From the NCBI RefSeq assembly GCF_024347055.1, contig NZ_AP024895.1, forward strand, positions 3,405,607 to 3,445,606: DNA of 40,000 bases. The letters run 5' to 3'. A program made the translations under genes and the position numbers. The notes beneath the pieces were generated by a model, which made no database searches, had not been told where the DNA came from, and worked only from the letters and a program-made list of their open reading frames with translations. Below, one piece after another: positions 25,673-36,255 of this stretch. Position 1 is the stretch's first letter. Every line of letters begins with the position of its first letter. The DNA comes from Vibrio porteresiae DSM 19223. Lineage in GTDB: Bacteria > Pseudomonadota > Gammaproteobacteria > Enterobacterales > Vibrionaceae.

Positions 25673-25766
25673 TCGGAAACAAGCCTTATTTAAAAAGGAC
25701 TGGATCATACGGAAGACAGGAGTAAAATGTGCTCTAATAGCCTACAAAATTACTCAGGTATTCGTC

Positions 25767-26354
25767 GTGTCAAATTCAATTACTATTACAGAATCCGCCC
25801 AATCACACTTTGCAAAACTGCTTGGGCAGCAGCCTGAAGGTACTAACATCCGCGTATTCGTAGTTAACCCAGGAACTCAAAACGCAGAATGTGGTGTTTC
25901 TTACTGCCCACCAGAAGCAGTAGAAGCGACCGATACTGAAGTACCATTTACAGGTTTTTCCGCTTATGTTGATGAACTTAGTCTTCCATTTTTAGAAGAT
26001 GCCGTTATTGATTTCGTCACTGACAAAATGGGTTCTCAGCTAACGCTAAAAGCACCTAACGCAAAAATGCGCAAAGTGTCTGACGATGCACCACTGATTG
26101 AGCGTCTTGAGTATGTTATTCAAACTCAAGTAAACCCTCAGCTCGCAGGTCACGGTGGTCACATTCAACTTGTTGATATTACTGACGACGGCGTTGCGCT
26201 TATCACCTTTGGCGGTGGCTGTAACGGCTGTTCAATGGTTGATGTGACGCTAAAAGATGGTATCGAAAAGCAGCTGCTTGCTGAATTTGCTGGTGAGCTC
26301 ACTGCGGTGAAAGATTCCACCGAACACGATCGTGGTGATCACTCATTCTACTAA
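25767..26354 (+). CDS. nfuA: Fe/S biogenesis protein NfuA
   Basis: '[15 protein letters not shown]...[27 protein letters not shown]...[16 protein letters not shown]' is collinear with E. coli NfuA. I trimmed the start to the in-frame GTG at 25767, because the track ORF's 54-aa extension overlaps comF. Confidence 0.85.
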   Translation: MSNSITITESAQSHFAKLLGQQPEGTNIRVFVVNPGTQNAECGVSYCPPEAVEATDTEVPFTGFSAYVDELSLPFLEDAVIDFVTDKMGSQLTLKAPNAKMRKVSDDAPLIERLEYVIQTQVNPQLAGHGGHIQLVDITDDGVALITFGGGCNGCSMVDVTLKDGIEKQLLAEFAGELTAVKDSTEHDRGDHSFY

Positions 26355-26370
26355 GAATGATTTGAAAAAA

Positions 26371-26397
26371 AGCTGATGCCTTGCATCAGCTTTTTTG
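26371..26397 (+). terminator. Rho-independent terminator after nfuA
   Basis: GCTGATGC-ctt-GCATCAGC is followed by TTTTTTG. Confidence 0.75.
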
Positions 26398-26475
26398 TTT
26401 TGCGCCACCAACAAAATTTTCAAATGTCCTTGTTTTCTCATATAGTAAAAACAAACGATATTAGGAGCCGAAGCA

Positions 26476-27056
26476 TGCCACCAAAACCAGTACCCGAGAT
26501 CTTGGCTAAACAGACTGTTGCCAAATCACGTTTATTTTCTATCGAGTCGCTGGATCTGCGTTTTTCTAATGGTGTTGAACGCACCTATGAACGTATGGCA
26601 CCTTCGGGACGCAATGCCGTGATGATGGTTCCGATCACCGCTCAAGGGGATATTCTGTTAGTTCGCGAATACGCAGCTGGCACAGAAAATTACGAACTTG
26701 GTTTTCCCAAAGGGTTAATCGACCCCGGAGAGACACCGATGGAAGCCGCCAACCGAGAGCTCAAAGAAGAGATCGGCTTTGGCGCTGACCGCCTCACTCC
26801 GCTAAAAGAAGTGATTTTGGCACCATCTTATTTTTCTAGCAGAATGACTTTATTCATCGCTCAAGATCTCTATCCAGAGCAACTTGAAGGGGATGAACCT
26901 GAACCACTTGAGTTACTCCGCTGGCCATTAGCTCAAGCTGAAGAGCTTCTGACTCATCTCGATTTTTGTGAGGCTCGCAGTATCACAGCCTTAATGCTAA
27001 CGCTACGTCACTTAAAACTCATTGGTGAAGCTAGCGATTCAATGCCAAAGGACTAA
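26476..27056 (+). CDS. nudE: ADP compounds hydrolase NudE (Nudix)
   Basis: 'VAKSRLFSIESLDLRFSNGVERTYERM' and the Nudix box 'GLIDPGETPMEAANRELKEEIGF' are collinear with E. coli NudE. The start is set at the ATG with AGGAG upstream, because the track ORF's extension spans the nfuA terminator. Confidence 0.85.
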
Positions 27057-27060
27057 ACAC

Positions 27061-27888
27061 ATGCCAACAGCAAAAGATTTATCTCATCTCATCCCTGACG
27101 TTATCTCGATTGCACGTGCGGCTGGGCAGTTGATTCTCGATATCTATGAGAACAAGTCTTATGAAGCGTATACCAAAGCAGATCACACACCAGTGACCAG
27201 CGCCGACTTCGCTGCACACAAATTGGTCACCGAGCGCCTAAAAGAGCTAACGCCCGATATTCCAGTGCTGTCAGAAGAAGCCGCTAATATTGACCTTGAA
27301 ACTCGTGAAAAATGGGAACGCTATTGGTTGGTCGACCCGCTCGATGGCACTCAAGAATTCATCGCTCGTAGCGGCGATTTTGCGACCATTATCGCCTTAG
27401 TAGAACATAACCGTCCGGTCATGGGGGTCGTATACGGCCCAGTCTCTGGCGTGACTTACTACGCTTATTCAGGTAAAGGCGCGTGGAAAATTCCCGACAT
27501 GAACGACAGCATTCGCATCAACACTCACAAACACGAATTGCCACATCCTTCTATCGCTATTGCCATTAGTCGTCGCCAAGATATCAACCGTATCACCAGT
27601 CAACTCAGCGATGCTTGGAACTATGAATTGGTCCCACTGGGATCAGCTGCGCTAAAAGCCTGCTTAGTGGCCGAAGGTGCTGTCGATTGTTATCTGCGTT
27701 TAGGACCAACCGGAGAATGGGATACCGCCGCGACGCAATGTATCGTCCAAGAAGCCGGTGGCAACATTCTCAGCACCCTATTAAACCCGCTTTCTTATAA
27801 CGAACGGGACACCCTTGAGAACCCGAATTTCATTGTGTTAGGGGATCCTAACTTGCCTTGGAATGAGATTTTGCAAGTCGCCGAATAA
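27061..27888 (+). CDS. cysQ: 3'(2'),5'-bisphosphate nucleotidase CysQ
   Basis: It carries inositol-monophosphatase family motifs 'LSEE' and 'WLVDPLDGTQEF', plus 'WDTAA'. The start is at the ATG at 27061 (MPTAKDL...). Confidence 0.85.
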   Translation: MPTAKDLSHLIPDVISIARAAGQLILDIYENKSYEAYTKADHTPVTSADFAAHKLVTERLKELTPDIPVLSEEAANIDLETREKWERYWLVDPLDGTQEFIARSGDFATIIALVEHNRPVMGVVYGPVSGVTYYAYSGKGAWKIPDMNDSIRINTHKHELPHPSIAIAISRRQDINRITSQLSDAWNYELVPLGSAALKACLVAEGAVDCYLRLGPTGEWDTAATQCIVQEAGGNILSTLLNPLSYNERDTLENPNFIVLGDPNLPWNEILQVAE

Positions 27889-27921
27889 TCGGGACCACAC
27901 TCGAAACGGCAGGAAAAGCAA

Positions 27922-27942
27922 AAGGGACGCGAGCGTCCCTTT
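27922..27942. terminator. Hairpin between convergent cysQ and epsN
   Basis: AGGGACG-cgag-CGTCCCT is flanked by A-rich and T-rich runs. Confidence 0.55.
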
Positions 27943-27949
27943 CCTATGA

Positions 27950-28702
27950 TTAAAATCGGCCTTGTTGTTGGAAATGATAGCGTCCCTGACCATCAGGATT
28001 GGGCAAATGCTTTAACAAATCGCCTAACTCTTTGGGAAACTGGCTTCCAGGTTTAAACCATGCCTGAGCTTGGTAACGACGATTAGCCTCCACCGTCGCT
28101 GAAAACTCACTGCTTACCTCTTGGTTGCCCTGATTGCCTTTCACGTCGATACGACTATCTTTACACGTAACATCGGCAATCACTTGACCTAGATTGACTG
28201 CTCCGACAGGGCTACTCACCGCCCCCTTAGTCCAAGCTAGTGTGCCTTTTGCTTCAGAGCACCATGGCGCCGCATAATGATAGTCACGCAGGGTCAATTC
28301 AATTTGTCCCGTTAAATCGACTGGTTGACGGATATAACTCGTTACCTGAGCAGCAGGCAGAGAGACCAACAGGCTCTTAGCAAAAACGCCGCCAAAGCCA
28401 ATTCCAACCACACCACGACCACGGACATTCATTTCACTGCCCTGACCAAAGCGTGTTGAGACTGCTACTTTCCCAGTAAACAAAGACGCTAAGTGCATGT
28501 CCCAGTTCACGCTGCCGAGATCGTAACTTAACCATCGTACTTGTTCTGCTTGACCATGCCATACCGTGCCAGATACCCCATCAATTTTTAATTGGCGAGG
28601 CAATGGCAGGTGATTCAATGTCACGGTTGCTGGAAGATGGGCAATGACACTCACCACAAAAACAGCGATGAGAAGAGTGACCAATGCAATTGTCTTACGC
28701 AC
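27950..28702 (-). CDS. epsN: Type II secretion system protein N
   Basis: It is the last gene of the eps operon. It has an N-terminal TM segment and a 'GTVWHGQA' GspN-like segment. Confidence 0.8.
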   Translation of the reverse strand: MRKTIALVTLLIAVFVVSVIAHLPATVTLNHLPLPRQLKIDGVSGTVWHGQAEQVRWLSYDLGSVNWDMHLASLFTGKVAVSTRFGQGSEMNVRGRGVVGIGFGGVFAKSLLVSLPAAQVTSYIRQPVDLTGQIELTLRDYHYAAPWCSEAKGTLAWTKGAVSSPVGAVNLGQVIADVTCKDSRIDVKGNQGNQEVSSEFSATVEANRRYQAQAWFKPGSQFPKELGDLLKHLPNPDGQGRYHFQQQGRF

Positions 28703-28703
28703 C

Positions 28704-29213
28704 TCAAATACCTCGTTTAATTTGGAGACGTTTTACTTCAACAACACCCGGCTGCTTTGCTTGATCGATATCGAGGAACTGCACTGAGATCCCCTGATTT
28801 TCCTGCAAAAAAGCGATCCAGTTCAGCAGTTGATTAAATGGCAAAGGCTGCACCCATACCTGCATCGAGTCGTCATTACGTGGTTGCACACGAATCAAAT
28901 CGATATTGAAATCGCGTGTTGAAGTGGCAATCACTTGGTTGAGAGGTTGTTGTATCTGGCTTTTACCACCTTGCTTGCGTAAGGCGGTAATTTGATCCGC
29001 TTTATGGGAAACCCAACCTAACAATTGTTTTTCCGTGTGAATTCGCATTTGAGCTTGGTTTGCTCGCTCTTGAAGCGGCTGCCAAATTCCCCAATAAAAT
29101 CCACCAATGACTAGGCACACTGCGCCAATCATCACTAAACGCTGCTCACGTTGAGTGATACTTCCCCACCACTGTTTTGCTTGAGCCAATATAGGATCGA
29201 ATCGTTTTTTCAT
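28704..29213 (-). CDS. epsM: Type II secretion system protein M
   Basis: It is 169 aa with a single TM segment 'LVMIGAVCLVIGGFYWGIW'. Its position between L and N fits GspM. Confidence 0.8.
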   Translation of the reverse strand: MKKRFDPILAQAKQWWGSITQREQRLVMIGAVCLVIGGFYWGIWQPLQERANQAQMRIHTEKQLLGWVSHKADQITALRKQGGKSQIQQPLNQVIATSTRDFNIDLIRVQPRNDDSMQVWVQPLPFNQLLNWIAFLQENQGISVQFLDIDQAKQPGVVEVKRLQIKRGI

Positions 29214-29225
29214 CGTCTACTTGTC

Positions 29226-30452
29226 CTATTTCGCATGCAAGACAAACGAGCCTAACACGGCATCGCCATCTTTACTGAGTTGGCCTTGCTGAACTTGGTA
29301 ATGCTCTTCCAACTTCACGCGAGCCTGTTCAAAACTCTGAAAATCATTGCTACTTGCTTCAATCCGCAATTCACCTTTGTCACCATCAAATTTAATGCTT
29401 TTGATGTGCATCTCTTTCACACCACCAAGGGTGTCCGGTAATGACTGCAGCCAAGTCAATATGCCCTCTTCATTACCAGCGCCTGAGAGCAATCTCACTT
29501 CGCCTTCCATTTGGCGTTTCAAGTAGCTCACTGTTGGAATCTTACGTTTATCAGGGAAAATAGACCGGAAAATACGCTCACTTTCTGCATGGTATGCCTG
29601 TGCCTGATCTTCAAAACGGTACGCCATAAACGTGCTGTGCAATAGAGTAATCACCATCAGCAGGACGGCAGCGAAAGCAGGTAAACGCCAAACATGCCAG
29701 TGCTTACCCCAAGATGACTTGGTTTTAAACGAACCAGTCAACAGCGACATCCGGCTCTCTACTGCACCTTGAGCCAATAGCTTCATGACCATATCAGAAG
29801 GTTTTACCTCCCACGGCTGGTCGCTATCTAAAGGCAGTTTAGGTAAGTCAGTGTAAGCAGTTAGCGCCAATGGTGAATGATCTTCTTTCACCCATTCAGA
29901 ATCGACCATCACGGGTAACCACGATTCATCAATGGTCACACCTTCCCACTCACCTTTACGAATGAGCCATTGATGACCCAATTGCGCAGCAGTCAGCGGA
30001 GTATCCGCTTGAGGTAAAGCCAAAACATCAGGCATGACTCGTTTTACGGTAATGCCTACTTCATGGAATGCGGCCAAACAATCACGTAGCCACTGAGCTT
30101 CAACACCAGCAACATAAGCGATGCCATTAAGTTTGCCCAAGATAGCAAAATGCAGATCATCGACATCCTGCGCCACATCGTCTTCCACCAAATAAGGTAG
30201 CATGCTCTCAAACTGTCGATTGCCACCGGGGGGAACCGCCACTTGAGTCAACACCAGATCGCTCGCCGACAAGAGCACGAGCGTTGTCCGCTGCGCTGCA
30301 TATTCAGTCAGATCGTGAAGTTCACTCCAATCAGCGAGTTGCCCACTAGCAATAACATCTTGCTGATCTGTCGACCAGACTAACCATAAAATGGGTGATT
30401 CTTTTTGACTACTCAGCCGAACGGTCAGAAATTCGCTCACTGATTCCTCCAT
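29226..30452 (-). CDS. epsL: Type II secretion system protein L
   Basis: 'SEFLTVRLSS...PILWLVW' is the GspL/EpsL N-terminus. It is about 400 aa and bitopic. The start may instead be the GTG at 30440. Confidence 0.85.
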   Translation of the reverse strand: MEESVSEFLTVRLSSQKESPILWLVWSTDQQDVIASGQLADWSELHDLTEYAAQRTTLVLLSASDLVLTQVAVPPGGNRQFESMLPYLVEDDVAQDVDDLHFAILGKLNGIAYVAGVEAQWLRDCLAAFHEVGITVKRVMPDVLALPQADTPLTAAQLGHQWLIRKGEWEGVTIDESWLPVMVDSEWVKEDHSPLALTAYTDLPKLPLDSDQPWEVKPSDMVMKLLAQGAVESRMSLLTGSFKTKSSWGKHWHVWRLPAFAAVLLMVITLLHSTFMAYRFEDQAQAYHAESERIFRSIFPDKRKIPTVSYLKRQMEGEVRLLSGAGNEEGILTWLQSLPDTLGGVKEMHIKSIKFDGDKGELRIEASSNDFQSFEQARVKLEEHYQVQQGQLSKDGDAVLGSFVLHAK

Positions 30453-31428
30453 AGCGACGGCGAATAACCGTAGCGTTATCTTTGTCTTTACTGTAAATCA
30501 AGCTGCGCACCCGCAGGCGAGAATCATTAACGACCACTTGTGCATCTAATTCAAAGTACTGGCTATCTACCGCTAAGAATCCTTCGGCTTTACTCCGTAC
30601 CGTACTGTTGATCGCGGCAATTTGCGGCTCGGCCTCAAAATCAGAGACACTCGACCAACCCTTTTTAGGTCGGCTGCTAATCACCGCTTTCGCGTTTTCC
30701 AAACTTAAGTTCGGACTGTACATTGCCACCAGCAACAAAGCTTGGTTCTCGCTGATGGTATTAACGTTTAACTGCCAATCCGATGTTGGCAAAGCACAAA
30801 CCAATGGCATTAACTGCTGCATGGTCTGCCCACTCACTTGCTGTACCGCCCGTAATTCACTCGGTACTGCCATCATGCCATTTGGAGGTAAATACGCAGG
30901 AGAAAGAGAATCATAATAACTGTCCTCTACCCCATACGTTGTGCTGACGGTATCGTTACTATCCACAAACTCCCACGTGGAGTCTGCGATAATTTCAGCG
31001 GTAGCACCATCCACATTGACACTCTGAAGCAGGTTCTCAAAAAACTGTTTTACAAACGGAGTAGAACTTCCTGTTGAAGCTTCCAACCCATTAAATGCAT
31101 TCAAATTAAAGCAAGCTTGTTTATCAATGATGCTGCCTGTCAGTTCACCATAATCAAGAGGTAACTTGCGATTTTGCTGAGCCCAAGGTTGACTTAAGTT
31201 CACCGTGTCGCTGTCTTGTTTATGACTCTCTTTAATCAACGCAAGGGCTAAATTTTCCACCCCAACACTGTACCAATACGCTTGTTGGTAATTAATTTGA
31301 TGCGAAGCTCGCTGGAAACGAATAAACATCCGCTCCGACATAGACGCTGCCAACGACACCATAATGGCCAAAATCAGCAGTACCACAATGAGAGCCACAC
31401 CTTGCTGTGAGCTTCTATTCACTCTCAT
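30409..31428 (-). CDS. epsK: Type II secretion minor pseudopilin K
   Basis: 'QQGVALIVVLLILAIMVSLA' is a GspK-type N-terminus. The start is moved to the ATG at 31428, which has GGAG upstream and overlaps the epsJ stop. Confidence 0.85.
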   Translation of the reverse strand: MRVNRSSQQGVALIVVLLILAIMVSLAASMSERMFIRFQRASHQINYQQAYWYSVGVENLALALIKESHKQDSDTVNLSQPWAQQNRKLPLDYGELTGSIIDKQACFNLNAFNGLEASTGSSTPFVKQFFENLLQSVNVDGATAEIIADSTWEFVDSNDTVSTTYGVEDSYYDSLSPAYLPPNGMMAVPSELRAVQQVSGQTMQQLMPLVCALPTSDWQLNVNTISENQALLLVAMYSPNLSLENAKAVISSRPKKGWSSVSDFEAEPQIAAINSTVRSKAEGFLAVDSQYFELDAQVVVNDSRLRVRSLIYSKDKDNATVIRRRYGGISERISDRSAE

Positions 31429-32074
31429 TGGAATCTCCAGATGACGTCTTTTTCTTGTCATCACTGCCAGCGACGAGATAAATACGCTTAATATCGCCGT
31501 AATCTTGTAATTTGAGGGTAACTTCTACCGCTTTCGGCAAAGCGTCTGTTTCATCCCACTCATCACTCCACTTACCATCAAAGTAGAAACGCATTGACCA
31601 GCTATCCACACCGGTGAGCAGTGGCATCACCACTGGCGGTTCATTCAGAGTGGTGTCGGGGTATTGCCACCATAACCGCTCTAACACATGTTCCTTAAGT
31701 CGGTAGCCAACTTTGGTTAAATTACCGCGTGGAAATTGTTGCTGTGGATTAGGCCAACCTAGACGAACAAACATCACCCCTTGGCTATCAGAATCCAATA
31801 GATAATTTTGCCACTGTAAGTAGCCTTCGTTTGCCTCTTTGCCATTGGTACGAAACTGCCTCGCGGCAATTTGCCGAAAATCAGAGTCCATCATGACAAT
31901 CGCGCGCTGCATTTCATTCAAACGCTTTGAACGCTCTAGAGAAATATCGTTACTGCGCTGAACTTGATTCAATACTTGATAAGCCGCGATGCTCATACTG
32001 GCAAATATCGCCATGGCAACCAACACTTCAATCAGGGTGAAACCCGCGTGTGAACGCCTTCTAGCTGCCGACAT
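31415..32074 (-). CDS. epsJ: Type II secretion minor pseudopilin J
   Basis: It has the prepilin-type N-terminus 'GFTLIEVLVAMAIF'. Size and position fit GspJ. Confidence 0.85.
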   Translation of the reverse strand: MSAARRRSHAGFTLIEVLVAMAIFASMSIAAYQVLNQVQRSNDISLERSKRLNEMQRAIVMMDSDFRQIAARQFRTNGKEANEGYLQWQNYLLDSDSQGVMFVRLGWPNPQQQFPRGNLTKVGYRLKEHVLERLWWQYPDTTLNEPPVVMPLLTGVDSWSMRFYFDGKWSDEWDETDALPKAVEVTLKLQDYGDIKRIYLVAGSDDKKKTSSGDSNESE

Positions 32075-32420
32075 AACTACGCACCGTAATTAAAGGGCTG
32101 GCCTTTTTCTCTTTGGAGACCATGACATCAAATGCTTTCAACGTCCCCGAAGAGGTGTTCACTGGTTTTATCTGCCAATACCAATCTCGCCCAGCCATCG
32201 ACTCTTTCCCTTCTTTGGCTGCCAACAGCTTAGGTGCCAGCATCACTTTGGCCATTTGGTTATCCGCAACCATAGAGGCAAACATCTTTTCTTCTAAATA
32301 ATTCATGGTGTTAATGTGCTGACTTACCGCGCGCATCACACTAACGGCTGCAGTCGCAAAAATGGCTAAGGCTACCAACACCTCTAATAATGTGAAGCCA
32401 GCAGCTGATCGTTTTTTCAT
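32061..32420 (-). CDS. epsI: Type II secretion minor pseudopilin I
   Basis: It has the prepilin N-terminus 'GFTLLEVLVALAIF' and is 119 aa. Confidence 0.85.
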   Translation of the reverse strand: MKKRSAAGFTLLEVLVALAIFATAAVSVMRAVSQHINTMNYLEEKMFASMVADNQMAKVMLAPKLLAAKEGKESMAGRDWYWQIKPVNTSSGTLKAFDVMVSKEKKASPLITVRSYVGS

Positions 32421-32995
32421 TTGGCCGCTCCTGGTTCAACTAGACGGATATCGCCATTGTCTTGTGCAACGACTTGCCAAGCCTCTTGTGAGCTTTGCTC
32501 TGGCAAGGCAAAACTCAATGTGAATGGCGTGGTTTCGCCACTCGACAAAATAAAAATCTGTGGTGGTAAATCTTTCTTTTTCTTCTCTTGCGCAAACATA
32601 TTGTCATCAAACAACGAGTCATCAGAGAACAAACGATCATCGTCTTTCTGCCAAGCGCTACCACCCGCTTGGAAAGTCACGTTAAGGCGAGGATCGAGCA
32701 CGATTTGCGCTTTAAACTGCAAACGTTGTACAGGTTGCCACCCCTTTTCGGTGAGCTGCATAAAGTGCAACTGCGGCGGTGACTGTTTTTCATCGACGCG
32801 TAACCCATAATCCGTTCCAGATAACACCGCTTCTTCATTCAGTAACTGCAATTTTTCAAAAGCAGAACGAGCCGTTTGTTCGGCTAAATGATTTTTACTG
32901 GTGGGTATTGTTGAAATAACAGCGGCAGAACTCAGCGCTAACAGCACCAGCACCAGCATAATTTCAATTAGGGTGAAACCACGAATAGACTTCAT
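32417..32995 (-). CDS. epsH: Type II secretion minor pseudopilin H
   Basis: It has the prepilin N-terminus 'MKSIRGFTLIEIMLVLVLLAL'. The start is trimmed to the ATG at 32995, because the track extension overlaps epsG. Confidence 0.85.
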   Translation of the reverse strand: MKSIRGFTLIEIMLVLVLLALSSAAVISTIPTSKNHLAEQTARSAFEKLQLLNEEAVLSGTDYGLRVDEKQSPPQLHFMQLTEKGWQPVQRLQFKAQIVLDPRLNVTFQAGGSAWQKDDDRLFSDDSLFDDNMFAQEKKKKDLPPQIFILSSGETTPFTLSFALPEQSSQEAWQVVAQDNGDIRLVEPGAAK

Positions 32996-33032
32996 AGGGA
33001 TACGAGGGGCGAGCGTTGCTCGCCCTTGAATA

Positions 33033-33479
33033 TTATTGAAAATCTTGAATATTCCAGTTACCGATGTCGGAGTTAATTCCTTCACCGCCTTCTTGACCAT
33101 CCGCACCAAGCGTAAACACATCAATCGTGCCTTTATCACCAGGGCTTAGGTATTGGTAATCGTTACCCCAAGGATCTTTTGGTAGACGTTTAATGTAGCC
33201 ACCATCACGGTAGTTACGTGGCTCAGGACTGCTCGGTTTTTTCACTAATGCATCTAAACCTTGGTCAGTGGTTGGGTAAACGCTGTTATCCAACTTGTAC
33301 ATATCTAACGCGTTTTCTAACGCTACGATATCGGTGATTGCTTTTTGTTGATCGGCTTTTTCTTTGTTACCTAACAAGTTAGGCACAACAACACTGGCCA
33401 AGATACCCAAAATAACGACCACAACCATTACTTCAAGCAAGGTGAAGCCGGACTGCTTAGCCGCTGTACGTTTTTTCAT
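33033..33479 (-). CDS. epsG: Type II secretion major pseudopilin G
   Basis: 'GFTLLEVMVVVVILGILASVVVPNLLGNKEKADQQKA...DPWGNDYQYLSPG' is very close to V. cholerae EpsG as I remember it. Confidence 0.95.
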   Translation of the reverse strand: MKKRTAAKQSGFTLLEVMVVVVILGILASVVVPNLLGNKEKADQQKAITDIVALENALDMYKLDNSVYPTTDQGLDALVKKPSSPEPRNYRDGGYIKRLPKDPWGNDYQYLSPGDKGTIDVFTLGADGQEGGEGINSDIGNWNIQDFQ

Positions 33480-33520
33480 ATAGACTCCATAAAGCACAAG
33501 TCTTGATTATCCAAGCTTGT

Positions 33521-34744
33521 TTACTGACTAACTAAATTGTTCATTTCCAAAATTGGCATTAAGGTCGCCATAACGATAAACAGCACCAACCCCGCCATAA
33601 GAGCGATAAGTGCTGGCGTAAAAATACCAAGAGCAATGTTCACAGCTGATTCAAAGTTGGTGTCTTGGTTATCTGCCGCACGAGTCAGCATCGACTCCAA
33701 TTCACCACTTTGTTCTCCACTCGCGATCATATGTAACATCATTGGCGGAAAAAGTTTGGTCTGTTCTAGCGACTTCCTTAAGCTGGCCCCTTCACGGACA
33801 CTTTCTGCGGCCACTAACACTTTTTGCTTCACATATTGGTTGCTCATAACATCGACAGCAACACGCATCCCATCAAGAATGGGAATGGCACTTGAAGTAC
33901 AAATTGACAAGGTGCGAGCAAAACGTGAGGTATTTAAGCCCCGCGCAATTTTGCCAAATATCGGCATAAAGATGACTTTTTCATCCCACTTCAACCGCAT
34001 CTGTGGATTGCGTAATAAGCGACGTACCACAGCAATCATAATCAAAATCGCACACAGCAGCTGAATGCCCCAGTGCTGAATAAAATCACTCGAAGCCAGC
34101 AGAAATTCTGTCGATTCAGGCAAACGTTGACCCATTTGCACAAACTGCCCAACGATTTTAGGCACCACGGCAGCCAACAAAAAAGCCACAATCGCAACGG
34201 CAAACACCACCAGCACTATCGGGTAGATCATCGCTTGCAGCAATTTGGAACGCAGCTTTTGTCGATTTTCCGCGTAGTCCGCAAGACGTTCTAATACCGC
34301 ATCAAGATGACCTGATTTTTCCCCAGCAGCGACCATCGAACGAAATAGCTCATCAAAGACATAAGGGTAATCACCTAAGCTATCTGACAGGGTATAACCT
34401 TCAGTCACCTTAGAACGTACCGCCGCCATCATCGAACGAATACGCGGTTTTTCTGACTGTTCAGATACCGCTCTTAAACACTCTTCCAGTGGCATACCCG
34501 ATTGCACTAAGGTCGACAGTTGTCGGGTGATCAATGCCAAATCTGGGGTGCTAATTCCTCGTTGAAAAGTAAACGCACCACCAGCAGAAGAGTGCGATTT
34601 TTTCCCTTGGTTTTCGATAACTTCAACCGGGATTAATCCTTGCTCTTTTAAACGAGCACGCACTTGCCGAGCGTTATCGCCTTCAATAACACCCTTTTTC
34701 TGTTTGCCTTTACTATCGAGAGCCTTATAGTCAAACGCTGCCAT
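33521..34744 (-). CDS. epsF: Type II secretion inner-membrane platform protein F
   Basis: It is 407 aa with duplicated GspF domains and three TM segments. Its start overlaps the epsE stop. Confidence 0.9.
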   Translation of the reverse strand: MAAFDYKALDSKGKQKKGVIEGDNARQVRARLKEQGLIPVEVIENQGKKSHSSAGGAFTFQRGISTPDLALITRQLSTLVQSGMPLEECLRAVSEQSEKPRIRSMMAAVRSKVTEGYTLSDSLGDYPYVFDELFRSMVAAGEKSGHLDAVLERLADYAENRQKLRSKLLQAMIYPIVLVVFAVAIVAFLLAAVVPKIVGQFVQMGQRLPESTEFLLASSDFIQHWGIQLLCAILIMIAVVRRLLRNPQMRLKWDEKVIFMPIFGKIARGLNTSRFARTLSICTSSAIPILDGMRVAVDVMSNQYVKQKVLVAAESVREGASLRKSLEQTKLFPPMMLHMIASGEQSGELESMLTRAADNQDTNFESAVNIALGIFTPALIALMAGLVLFIVMATLMPILEMNNLVSQ

Positions 34745-36255
34745 TAGGACTCCCGAGTCACACGCATGACTTCTTCAAGCGAGGTAATGCCTTGCCGAAC
34801 TTTGTCTAAACCATCTTGACGGATACTTGGTGTATGAGATCGAACCGCATGTTCTATCTCTTGCTCTCCGGCCTCACCATGAATCAACGCCTGCACGTGG
34901 TCATCAATCATCAACAGCTCATGGATACCGGTACGACCTTGATAACCTTTATGGTTACACTGATCACACCCGTGTGGGCGATAAAGAACGAGATCATCGC
35001 TAGGCGTCAAATCAAACAGTTTTTTCTGTTCATCATTGGCTTGATAAGCTTCTCGACAATGAGGACACAAAGTACGAACCAAGCGCTGAGCCAGTACACC
35101 GAGAAGAGATGAAGAGATTAGGAAAGGCTCAATCCCCATGTCACGCAGACGGGTAATCGCACCTACAGCAGTATTGGTGTGTAAGGTCGACATAACCAAG
35201 TGACCGGTCAATGACGCTTGCACCGCAATTTGCGCGGTTTCCAAGTCACGAATTTCCCCGACCATGACCACGTCAGGGTCTTGACGCAAAATGGCACGTA
35301 GACCACGCGCAAACGTCATATCGACTTTCGGGTTAACTTGGGTTTGCCCAATGCCTTCAATATCAAATTCAATGGGGTCTTCAACGGTAAGAATGTTGCG
35401 CTCAATATTGTTGAGTTCCTGTAAGCCAGCATACAAGGTGGTGGATTTACCAGAACCGGTTGGGCCAGTCACTAGGATGATACCGTGCGGACGCGAGATA
35501 AGATGCTGAAAACGCTTATGGACCTGATCTTTCATACCCAAACTAAAGAGATCTAGCTGAGTCGCATTTTTATCCAGTAAACGCAATACCACACGTTCGC
35601 CATGTGACGACGGCATGGTTGAAACACGCACATCCACCGCTCGACCACCGATACGCAGTGAGATACGACCATCTTGTGGTACCCGTTTTTCAGCGATATC
35701 GAGTTTTGCCATGACTTTAACGCGCGAAACCAGCAGCGGTGCCAATTTACGACTAGGCTCTAACACCTCACGTAACACACCATCGACACGAAAACGAATC
35801 GACAACACTTTCTCAAAGGTTTCGATATGTACGTCCGAAGCGCCTTCTTTGATGGCTTCGCCTAGCATTGCATTGATCAGTTTGATGATAGGAGCATCGT
35901 CTTCTGACTCGAGCAAATCTTCATTTTGAGGTAACTCTTCCGCCAAGGAGAAAAAGTCATCACTGTCGACACCAATGTCTTGCATCAACTGGCGCGCCTC
36001 CGAGGAGTCGCGCTGATAAACCACAGTTAATTTGCTTTCAAATTCCGACTCAGATACCGCTTTAAGTGGAAATGAGGTTTTCGCTACGCGCTTAACCTCT
36101 ACTAAAGCTTCAATCGAGATCGGTGGAACATAACAGAGTTCACACTGAGTAAATTCTCGATTCCATTCGAGAACCACTTTAAAGCGATTAGCAAAGCTGA
36201 ACGGCAATCGGCGTAAGGTCGGTTGCACGACTTCTTCCGATAGAATATCACTCAT
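34744..36255 (-). CDS. epsE: Type II secretion ATPase E
   Basis: Walker A 'GPTGSGKST', the Asp box, and a tetracysteine motif 'CPHC...CDQC' are present. Confidence 0.95.
   Translation of the reverse strand: MSDILSEEVVQPTLRRLPFSFANRFKVVLEWNREFTQCELCYVPPISIEALVEVKRVAKTSFPLKAVSESEFESKLTVVYQRDSSEARQLMQDIGVDSDDFFSLAEELPQNEDLLESEDDAPIIKLINAMLGEAIKEGASDVHIETFEKVLSIRFRVDGVLREVLEPSRKLAPLLVSRVKVMAKLDIAEKRVPQDGRISLRIGGRAVDVRVSTMPSSHGERVVLRLLDKNATQLDLFSLGMKDQVHKRFQHLISRPHGIILVTGPTGSGKSTTLYAGLQELNNIERNILTVEDPIEFDIEGIGQTQVNPKVDMTFARGLRAILRQDPDVVMVGEIRDLETAQIAVQASLTGHLVMSTLHTNTAVGAITRLRDMGIEPFLISSSLLGVLAQRLVRTLCPHCREAYQANDEQKKLFDLTPSDDLVLYRPHGCDQCNHKGYQGRTGIHELLMIDDHVQALIHGEAGEQEIEHAVRSHTPSIRQDGLDKVRQGITSLEEVMRVTRES

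Noticed and set aside
25605-25766. 54-codon N-terminal extension of nfuA given by the ORF track
   Set aside because: It overlaps the end of comF and has no counterpart in NfuA homologues, which begin near 'ITITESAQ'. I trimmed the start to the GTG at 25767.
26376-26475. N-terminal extension of nudE, and similar extensions of cysQ (27022), epsH (33139), epsG (33497), epsK (31464) and ompR (1736)
   Set aside because: The extensions run through the nfuA terminator hairpin or through upstream genes. The internal ATGs have better SD sequences and match homologue N-termini.
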